A stretch of DNA of 63,270 bases, counting the filler, from Platydemus manokwari (lineage: Eukaryota), in assembly GCA_037951405.1 (NCBI GenBank). It is 5 parts of 5 records of this genome, joined end to end, with 100 filler letters (N's around TTAATTAATTAA, not from the genome) between each part and the next. Parts side by side here need not be neighbours in the genome. Positions count along the whole stretch, not along the records: positions 51,543 to 63,270 come from JBBMOY010497775.1; 4 more parts are not named here. One strand, given 5' to 3'. The position numbers were made by a program, and so were the translations under genes. The number at the start of each line of letters is the position of its first letter. The first letter of the stretch is position 1. Shown here one piece after another: positions 52,760 to 63,270 of the stretch. The notes beneath the pieces were generated by a model, which saw only the letters and a list, made by a program, of their open reading frames with translations, made no database searches and had not been told where the DNA came from.

Positions 52760-53399
52760 ATGTCAGATGATGATAAACCAATAGAAGAACCTATTGAAAA
52801 ATTTAAAAAACTTAATAAAAAAAGACGATTTGTTGATACTCTTCCTGAAAATCTGAAAGCACTTTATAATGAAGAAGTTAAGAAAGTTTTGAAGCCAAGT
52901 GATCCGCGATTTGATCCCAAAGTCGCAGGATCTATTTGTCCTGACCAAGAATTCTACAGAGAAAAGCAAGCATCATTTATTAAAGTAACATTTTTACTTA
53001 GTTTTCTTTGTTGAATTCTTTAGGAATTATCGGAAAAACTTGCAGATCCAAACTTATCTGACGAGGAAAGAGCTAAATGTAAATTGATTTTGACGAAAAC
53101 GCAACAAAAACAGAACAGTATGAAACAGTTGAATGCAAAATCCAAGTTAATGGAGGAAATTAATTCCTCATACATTAAAGAATTGAAGGAAGGAAAAATT
53201 CCTAAGTTCTTAAAGAAAAGTTCGATCATTTTTAGCGAGACATTAATTAATAATTAATTTAGATGAAATTAAATTGAAAATGAAGGAGCATTTTGATTCT
53301 AAGAGAACTTCTCATTCTCTTGAAAAATCACAAAAGAAAAAAGAAATTAAAAAACATAAAAGAGAAAAGTTATTGGAATCCAAATTAAATATGTTGTAA
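52760..53399 (+). CDS. RRP36: rRNA processing protein 36 (DUF947) homolog; exons 52760-52984, 53024-53219, 53263-53399
   Basis: DPRFD motif, helical basic body, GKIPKFLKK|NE and a Lys-rich tail. Introns of 39 and 43 nt are GT-AG and in phase. Confidence 0.75.
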
Positions 53400-54564
53400 T
53401 TAAAAATCTTTCACAATTTGTTTTTTGAATAAATTATCTTTTATTATTCTAAGACGTTTTTAAAATATATAAAAACTTTTATTTGGCATCTGTTGTTTAA
53501 GGTTTATTTGATCAGAAAATAATGAAATTATATGAAAGGTGTTTTATTTTCATGACAAATATAACATATATAAATAACAAATGAACAGGATTTTAAACAA
53601 ATAAGCATCTGAAATAACTTGCTAAAAATCATTGGAGTGTAAATGTTGGTATCACTCAAAATAAAAATTAATTTAAAATTTAAAAACACAACAGTAAAAC
53701 TGTTAATTAATGAAGTCGATTTAAAAGTTTTGTCAAAAATAATTTTAATTATTATTTTACTTAAACAATGAAAATATTTATTAACGAATTCGAGAAAAAA
53801 TTAAATCAAAAACTGTGTTGAGAATATATTGGATTTGTTAAAATTCTACTAAACCGTTTTTAACATGAAAATTAAAATAAAATAGGTTAATTGAATTTTG
53901 TTTCAAAAGTCATTTAATCTGCTGCGTGGATTTACAAATGAGTTTCCAGTTATTGGATATTGGTTAGTAATAAATCGTATTACGGATTTAATTGATTCCA
54001 ATAATCAAGCTCTTTGTTTAATATTGGTGTTACTCTTACTGTTATGGATGTTTTATTACACACTGAAAGAGTTTTATGCATGAAATTTTTGCATATCATT
54101 CGAGAGTAATTAATGATTTTTTGAAACTTTAAAAATTTATTCAGGAAAATCCTTTATAAATCTCTTTAAAAAGAAAAATGCTAGAATTTTATCAGCTGAT
54201 ATTACATGAGATTATTTATTGATAAGATTTGCAATTTGTTTAAATGGTCTGATAAAACGTATGGCAACTGATCTTTGAAAGAGCTGAAATCAAATTTTCC
54301 ATTTACCAAATGGTTGAATGGCTAATTTGAGAGAAGATTATTTTTGTAATCAAAATCGATGAACGAAATGATAAAAAATGAAAGATAGATAGATAGATCA
54401 TCACAAATAATAAATCTGACACGACAAATCACCTAAGAAAGATAATTAAATTCGAACGATACAAACGATTAATAAGATTGTTGAATTATTTATTTAATAT
54501 TTTTAATTACACAATTCGATCTTATCTCGTCATTAAGATGATCGATATTAACAGTTTCATCCCG

Positions 54565-57259
54565 TCATCCTCCATATCGCTTAGCATCAAGAATATTGAC
54601 GACATTCGAGAAGTTATAATTATCTTTATTCACTTTCCTTTGTTCTAGAAAACAAATGTGAGGTTTAGTTTCATGCTTGTTACCTATTTGTTGGTCCATA
54701 CCAACATTGTCATCAATCATATTCAGTGAACATCGATATCCTTCATAGAAATCGATAGATCGGCATTCAGGATGCACAGAACAGGCCAGTCTACAGCTAA
54801 ATAAATTATAAGCCAAATCTACTAATCTAAAATCCTGCAATTATTATCAAATAATATTTCTACTAATTTATACTTTCCAAAATCGCTTCTCTGATTTGGT
54901 CCAAAGTATAGATTTAACTTACAACCACTCAAGATATTATAAGGACTTCGTTTCTCGCATTTTTGTCCCAAATCTGATTCAGAATCAAAAAGGCTCTTTG
55001 GTACATTTTGACTCGATGCAATGGATAAATGTGGGAAATTTTTCCAACCTTCACAATCTCCTAAATCTTCTTCAATCATATCATTGGTTTGATCCATCAA
55101 ACATTTCACAAATTGACCAGTAGTTGCCTGACAGATATAGTCCAGTCCTCTGTAATAGACAGTGCTAATTCACATAAAAACTTTTCAACTTGAATAGTGA
55201 CCATCATTAACAAGCATTAACCCAAATGATCAATTTTACGTCTTATCTCATTTAATTTGTCTCACTTGAATTGATTTGATGTAATTGAATTTACATTCTC
55301 TCTTTCAGATGGTTATGCAACAAATTGGTCTGCCACTCCAACCCATCACATTATAAACAATTTAATTATTGCTTATAGCGCAATTCTTATTTCGCACGAA
55401 ACATTTTAAAATCATTTAATTTTCTCCTCAAAGAAGCCGACTGAATGAGTTGTTCATAAAACTGATATCAATATCAATTGTAAAATACAGATTAATATCC
55501 AAATGTTCATCTCTATTAGTTGTGTTTCTTGCATAATGCAGTTATTTACAATGAAGTTACAACAATGGATTTATAATCCATCCATTCCATTGTTTAATTT
55601 TCCTTTTCACGATATCAATATCATGCTATTGTTCAATTTGCATTTTATATGTTGGTCAGCATTCATCATCATCATTTTATCACCAAATAAGTTGCATTTC
55701 AAATCAACTTTTATCGCAAATTATAGGCGAATGATGAAATTATTTTGTGGGCACAATAAGTGAATGAAAAACTTAAACAATGAAATTTTAAAAGAAATCA
55801 ACACTAATCTATCGAGTCTTAAAGGTAACCAGAGTGGTGGTGGAAATACCCTATGGTTCAATGAATTTTAATATAGAACGAATTTTATTACATGACTCTA
55901 AATAATTTTAAGATGAAGAATAGATAAGATTTTTGAACGATTAAGCGAAATGGAAAATAATTTGAATTGAATTGGATCAATTGAATCCTTGGATAAATTT
56001 TTATTCTTCATCATGTACAAAATCATATTTATTTTACCAGGGTGATCTCATTGATCCACTATCAGATTTAAAACTATTTAAGCAACAAGTGGAAATGTTG
56101 GATTCAAGAATAAAAGAATGAGATCTACTTCAAATAGATACAAAAGCTTTTCTTCAAACAAATATGATGATTTTAAGGAATATTTTTCATTTGAAGATGG
56201 CAGTGTTTACCGTAATGACAGTGGTCTCTGTTATAAAATCCCTTAATCATTTATTTCAAATTGAATAGTGGCTTATATTAAGATCAGTATGAAATCTGTT
56301 CTTTTATGCATTTGTAATGCGTTTTTATCAATTTCTTTGGCTCACCCAGGAAACATGAATGAAACTTAGGACAATATGAAACTTCTCATCGATAAAATTA
56401 ACTTTAAAGATCACAAATTGAACATTTATCGAGAACATTTGAAAGTCATTAGATTTTATACTAATTTGCGATCCATACTTCTCATTCCATCTGATTTTTA
56501 GTTATTTTTTCATCTATTCACGATAATAAAATGGCCAAACATAATTATGATTTAATGCTGAGATAATTTTCATTTTCATAATTATCTTTAAGATTACAAT
56601 AATCCAATTGTTTACATAAAGTAAAAAATTAAATTTTTACTTTAAAAATAAAAATTTAATTCTGATTTAATATTTTCAAAACAAAGAATTATATTTGCAG
56701 AAATAATTGAAAAAGTGTTGAAGGATTCTTGGTAAATGTTTTGGTTTTTCTCGACATTCTTTATAATAATGCGATAATTTCAAATATAGTTTCAAATTAT
56801 TTTTTACAATTTATATATAAAATCAAATATAAAATTACTTTTTCATACAATCGGGAAAATATTCATCATTGTAATAAAAAGGTATTTTACAATTGACCCC
56901 AGTCAAAGATGTTGTTCTGACTAATCTAGTATGCCTGATAACTTTCTTAATAATACAAAGCTACACGAATACCATACATTGAAACGTACTCGACCTTCAA
57001 TGATATCATTTTGATATCTTACAGTCTCACAAAGAAGGTTTTCCTTAAATCCAGTAGGTTTAGGACAACCACATTCTCTATATCTTGTCCTGCTACATGT
57101 TTGTAATTCACATGCTGACCAAGGACTCCAGTCACACCAGTTCCCATAAACTTCTCTCACCTGACATTGTTCTTGATTTATGCATAATTTCGGATGGCAC
57201 ATCAACATTAATCTCTCAATTTTAATAGAAATTAAAATCATATAAATTACAATCGACAT
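54565..57259 (-). CDS. Putative secreted protein with a thrombospondin type-1 repeat and a PAN/apple domain
   Basis: Hydrophobic N-terminus; TSP1 motif GNWCDWSPWSAC...CSRTRYREC..P.P; exon from ~55127 (tcag acceptor); PAN-like SCRLACSVHPECRSIDFY...CSLN. The exact first donor and the 3' end are uncertain. Confidence 0.72.
55800..56480 (+). mobile_element. Second Chapaev3-like transposase remnant (N-terminal/central part), inside an intron of the TSP1-PAN gene
   Basis: QGDLID...DLKLFKQQVEMLDSRIKE, FFSFEDGSVY and SLAH...MNET..NMKLLIDKINFKDH match the same family as 29700-30285. Heavily decayed. Confidence 0.65.
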
Positions 57260-58322
57260 TGATTTTATAATGTTGATAAATTTTTATAAATCAATATCAC
57301 AATGATAAAAAGTTATAAATGCCATGAAATATTGTAAGAGTGACTCTAATAATGTAATAGTCAGTAAATAATGCCGATGTACTGAATCGCAATTAAGTAG
57401 AACTATATTTCAAATAGTACTGACACAAATTACATATCAAAAGAAGTGCAAAATCTCAATTTGTACAGAAGTATATCAAAGTTAGGAGGCAAAATTTGCA
57501 GAAATGGACTACAAAAATAGAAGATGTAATGGTTCAATTGAGTACATTTGAAGTAATTTCAAAAGACAGAAAATTCATTTAATTCGACGAGGTGATGATA
57601 ACAGTACCACATCAAAGAAAAGTTGTAAGAAATCATCAAAGATCAAATAACTCTGATAGACGACTTAGCCTGGCCTTTGACTCAAGTATAAAGGAACCAG
57701 TGGAGTACGTTATTATCACCAATGTTCATTAATAAATAATTGTTTTGCTGTTTATTTATAAAGACTTTTGAAATGAGACCAATTTGATTGAAATTAATTG
57801 GTTTCTTCCTAAACCTTTATCAATCTTGAAAGCCTTTAAATTTATGAACTATTTGGTGATTTTTAATTTATTTCAAGAAGCTGGTTTACGAGTAGAGTTA
57901 AATAGGCGAAGTCAGTATTTCATAATTTATTTGATTTAAAATTTTTTACTTAATTAATCGGGAAATTTATTAATTTTGTATTTAAAAAAATAGGAAAAAA
58001 TTTAACAAATTAATTAATTTAGAAATTTACAAAATTAATTACTATATTTATTTAAAATTATGAGTTTCAATTTGTTACATTTTGACAGCTACCGTTTGAA
58101 AGTTAAACACAATTTAATTTTTCTTTGAATATTATAAAATTTAAAGCAATCTTTAGAAAAATAATTGATAATGTATATTTGGATTGTTTTATTCGATTTA
58201 TTTTGAAGGTCAAGTTTGTGGCAAAAATTTGAATTATTAAGTTTCATAAAAATTTTTTCTTGGTAGATTAATGAGAATTTACGAAATAAAATTTTGAATG
58301 AAAGATTTTTAATAAAATTCCT

Positions 58323-61300
58323 ATGAATATTTATATATGCAAACAATTAATATTGGCACTTCTGTTTATTGAACCTCTATCTAGTCAGTACAATTTCAGA
58401 ATCTCCGAAAATAGTCCATCAGACTCCTTTGTTGGACAAGTATTAATAAAATCGGGGTATCTTTACGATTTCCTTCACAAAGAAAGTATATTTTCGTTTA
58501 ACCAAAATAATGGAATTATTCGCACTCGAAAAATAATCGACCGAGAATCTCTTTCTTCTGATATAATCGAGATATTCTTGTATAAGAAAACAATCGAAGG
58601 TCAATTTATAAAAACGATATCAATAAAAGTGCGTATAATTGACGAAAACGATAATCCACCAATATTCTATCCTAATAAATTAGAACGTACAATCGTAGAG
58701 AACATAGCAATTTTCACAGATATTTCTCTCACAATAGCTAGAGATGCCGACAGTGATGAATTCGGTGTGAGCAATAACTACAAGATTTTATCTGGAAATG
58801 AAGAAGGTAAATTTCTCCTAATAGGTGTTGGTGTGCAATATCGAGGTCAATTATTATTACGGGTAATTAAACCCCTTGACAGAGAGAGTCGAGATAAATA
58901 CAATCTCATCATTTCTGTCGAAGATAAAGGCCAACCACCGTTGACGGGAACATTGTTTGTAGAGATAATTGTGCAGGATTACAATGATAATAGTCCCGTT
59001 TTTTCACCAAGTAAATACAGCGTGCTATTAAACGAAAGCACCCCGGTGGGAAATGAGGTTGTCCGAGTATTTGCCACCGATGCTGACATAGGTTTAAATA
59101 AACTCATTGAATACAGATTCAAGAAAACAAAGAGCAGATTTGAGAATGAATTTCTCATTGATCAAAATTCTGGATCCATCAAACTGACGAGAAGAACGAG
59201 TTGTCATCTCAACCATGGCGATTGCACACTTGTTGTGGAAGCATTTGACCATGGCTCACCATCTTTGTCAGCTTATTGTTATGTGACGATTAATGTGATG
59301 AGGATCAACATGTTTCATCCACGATTAGAAATCAGTTATATCAATTCTCCCGACAAAGCAGCTCATGTGGAAATGGGAAAGATCTCGAAAAGACCATTAG
59401 CAATAGTTCATTGTCAAGATGATGATCAAGATTCTCGAGATCTCATCACGGTATCGATTGTAGCAGGCAATGATGAGAATCTGTTCTCATTAGAAAGAGC
59501 TCATGGAAACGTTCACATTTTACGCCAAATCAAACAGATACGTAATGACAAAACCATCAAACATGAGATCACAGTGAAAGCCATTGATAGTGGCAGTCCA
59601 CCAAAAGAATCACAAGAAAATATTCTTATCAAAATTAATCAAGCAAATATTCATTATCCGATATTTATTCATTCTAATCGCACTGTATTGATTGCTAGAA
59701 ATCTCACCATTCATAGCTATATTGCTAATTTCTATGCTACTGATAAAGATCCTGGCCCAAATGGTCAAATAACGTATTCGTTATCCAATGAAAATCATGA
59801 AGATCTCTTTCATATTGATAAACATACTGGCCTGGTGACATTGTCTAAGAATCTGTGGTTCTTGAAAGAATCAGAATTAAGTATTCAAATAATTGCTAAG
59901 GATTCCGGTATCAATTTCCTCGAAAGTAATGCTCGTCTCCAAGTCATTGTCCAACAAACCGATCAATTATGGGCGATATTTCGATCGCAATGTCAAACGA
60001 ATTTTATTTTATTGGATAACAATTCTCAACATTGGCTTGGTGATGTTTTTATTTATGATTTTCGCTCCCAATTACAAATATCAGATATTTCACGCATCAA
60101 TGAATTAGATATCATATTGATTGATGATGATTCATCCGTGATAGATGCTTTTATCACATCAACTGGATCATTGTTCTTGCCAGGCCATTGTCGTAATGAA
60201 GAAATGAAGATATTTGATGTGGCCATTCTTCATAAGTCCAATTTGCTCCATAAACTGAAGATTTCAGTGACAATCACTCCTAAATTAAGCCATGATCTTT
60301 GTAAACAATCACTGATAGTGTATGCCATTCGTTTACCAAATTTATTTGACTATAATAAAGAGATTATTGATTTATCAACCATCTATGAGAGACCATATGA
60401 TGGGAAGTTCATTGGGGATTCTTCTCTTTTTAATTCGGGATTTTTCGTTACTGATCAAGGAAGCATTCGTTGGAGAGAATTCTCACAAAATTCTCACAAC
60501 ATTGTCAGCACAGTCGATATCAAATATCAGTATAAATATGCTGACAAACATCTTCAGCAAGGCTTCCAATTATTATTATATCCATACTTGTCAACAAAGA
60601 CACTTTTTGATTGCAATAGACTTGAATTCATGATAAAAAATCGTCAGAAATCTATTTCGTTACAAGAATTAAAAATGAAATTTTCTGATGATCTTACATT
60701 TACAACATCACAACATCTATTGACTCGTTATTATCGAATTATCGATCATTATCTGATATTGAGTGAACAATTTTATTCCAGTTCTCAAACACCAGAAAAA
60801 ATGATTATCATTGCTTATAGCAGCAATGATTTACAAAAATGTGTAATCGATATCATTAGACAACCAAGATTCATAAAAGAAAGATTTTCTTTAAGAACTC
60901 ATGAATATAAGAGTGGTGCACCATTAGGAACAGTGGCAATCAATGGAAAGATTATGGCTAAAGAAGTAAAAATATTGGGAAAAAATGCTGAATATTTCCA
61001 GTATTCAGTAAGTGAAATGAAGCTTAGTCTTCGGAAAACACTTCAAGAAACAAATCAAGCTCAAATAATGAGAATCCAATTGATAATTTTCGATTCAATG
61101 ACATTCTCCAATCTCTCTTCTGCTGAAGTCATCATCGAATTTTTCCCATCATTAGCGAGTCCTATCTTTTCAGAGCCTTTTTATTCTTTCGATATTCCTG
61201 AAAATTCGTTCTGTCACATTCCTCTAGTGAAGATTGATCTGGATTCTTCTCAGCAGATACAGGATTATAATCTGGTAATAATTGAAGAATCCATTATTGG

Positions 61301-63065
61301 AAAATGGTCCTTGTTTCCGGATGGATTTCTCTATCTGTTATCAGATTTAGATTATGAAGAAGTGAAGGATTTTTATTTGACAATTAGAGCATCCAATCGA
61401 TTGGACAAGGATAAATCTGCCACTACTTCCATTCATATTGCTGTTAAAGATTTCAATGATAATGTTCCCAGATTCACGACCAATATTTATTATTTTGATA
61501 TATCGAGAAATACGAAACCATTGACTATTATCGGGAAAGTTTTAGCAATGGATATAGATTCAGGACTGAATGGGTTTTTGAGATACAGAATCGTCAATGT
61601 ATCACCAGAATGGAATTTCATTGAGATTGATAGTGTGTCAGGAGTTGTGAGAATAATTGGTGAAATAGATTGTTGTGATGATCAATTCCAATTTAATGTT
61701 CTTGTCACTGATCATGGCCAACCTAGCCTGAACAGTTCAGCGAAAATAATTCTCAGAATTCATTCTGTCTCAACGAAAACAGTATCTTTCAACTCACAGA
61801 CGTATTTTAGAAATATTCCAGAAAATCTGACAATAGGCAATGAAATATTGACTGTACAAACCAATTCGAGATCTCCAATGATATATTGTATTTCTAAGAG
61901 CTCTGACAAAAGATTATTCTCGATTAACGAGTCAACAGGAATGATATTTCTTACCGGATCGTTGGACCGAGAAAAGACAATAATCCACATTCTAACTGTT
62001 ACAGCGACCAATTTATCCAAAATACCGTCATCGACTGATCCAGCTGTAGCTGTTGTTCATATTGGAGTGACAGATATCAATGACAACGATCCAATATTTG
62101 ACAGAGATTCACTCCAACGAATAGTTTTACCAGAATCCACCAGAATTGGAACAGTCTTATGGACATATCGTGCAACTGATTTAGATGAAGACTTAAATGG
62201 TCTTGTACGTTATCAAATATTATCTTTAACAACAGAACTCAATACGATTTTTAAAATTGATTCCTTCTCTGGCGTCCTCTATCTCAATCAAGCGCTAGAT
62301 TATGAATACAAATCTTATTGGACATTTAATATCACTGCATTTGATATGGGCACTCCTCAGAGACATTCAAATTTATCTATTACAGTATCTGTAACAAACG
62401 TCAATGATAACAAACCAAGATTCATGAATGATATTCTCTTGCAATTCACTGTTCAACGAGATTCCCCAATAGGCTCAACAGTGGGACGAGTGCATGCTCG
62501 TGATGATGATGAAAACAACATCATATACTATTTAGCATGGGTTAAACCACATCAAAATTCTTTCTCGATAAACAACAAATCTGGTATTCTGTCAATTATT
62601 AATCCTCTGTCAACTCAACCATTATATGATGTTGCAGTGATGGCTGTTGATGCAGAGAGAAGAGATTGGTACACTCTACAATTGGTCAAGATTAATGTGA
62701 TAAGCAATAAAGCAGATTTGAAACTGCTAACGTACGACACTATAATGTTGTCAAGAAGTGCATTTATCGGCGATCATATAGCATCAGTCATCACTCGGTA
62801 TGATGGTCAAATAAAAAATTCTAGATTATCGTATTCTATTGTTAACTGTTCATTGAATAAGTTTATTACCATCGATAAACACAGTGGAAACATTTTCATT
62901 ACATCCCCTACACCTGTACAGTTCAATTCGATAGATCTCACTGTCAAAATTTCATTAGATATCTCGCAAACCAATCACATGGTCAAATATCTCTCAACAA
63001 AACTTATTCTTGATCAAGATGATTCGCACAATCTTAATTTTCAGAAGAATGAATATATATCACAG
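58323..63065 (+). CDS. FAT4: Fat4/Fat-type atypical cadherin, giant first coding exon (gene continues beyond the window)
   Basis: Signal peptide followed by tandem cadherin repeats (xE, LDRE/LDYE, DxNDNxPxF, AxDxD). EC1 IIDRESLSSDII, EC2 GVSNNYKILSGNEEGKF and a Cys pair in EC3 fit Fat4/Drosophila Fat better than Dachsous. Donor CAG|gtcagt at 63065/63066. Confidence 0.85.
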
Positions 63066-63244
63066 GTCAGTGATTTCTAACTCTGTTTTAATGGATTATA
63101 TTTTACTGCTATTATCAACATTTTTGAGTTCGATAGGCATCATTTTGGTAAAAATTATGAATAATATGTAGAGACAGTATCTTAGATATTTTTATATAAA
63201 TAATAATGACAAATATTAATATTTATAAACTAAACGAACTTACT

Positions 63245-63270
63245 ATTATTATTATTATTATTATTATTAT
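63245..63270. repeat. (TAT)n microsatellite
   Basis: Perfect tattattat... run to the window end. Confidence 0.9.

Noticed and set aside
59893-62020. Short ORFs overlapping the Fat4 exon (59893, 60322, 61760)
   Set aside because: Shadow frames of a long coding exon with no independent features.

Overview
AT-rich, intron-containing animal (metazoan) genomic DNA, not prokaryotic. Short GT-AG introns of about 39-55 nt sit alongside multi-kb introns. A lophotrochozoan such as a planarian is plausible, but that is inference only. The window is five contigs joined by identical artificial 100-nt spacers (44 N + TTAATTAATTAA + 44 N), so linkage across those joins is unproven. Genes reconstructed by hand across splice sites: the 3' part of PIG-K/GPI8; a divergent A/B-type cyclin; two tandem UBE2D-like E2 paralogs that both lack the catalytic cysteine; a short NCoR/SMRT homolog; a DAO-family FAD oxidoreductase; a BIR-BIR-UBA-RING IAP; RRP36; a secreted TSP1+PAN/apple protein; and the giant first exon of a Fat4/Fat cadherin. 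Decayed transposons are scattered between and inside genes (Merlin, mariner, Tc1/mariner MITE, pogo, Chapaev3-like, Gypsy). The best novelty candidate is the pair of Cys-to-Thr pseudo-E2s, one of which keeps the RING-E3-binding loops. Next are the IAP with a non-canonical second BIR and a duplicated UBA exon, and the truncated NCoR. All calls come from reading the sequence; no database searches were run.
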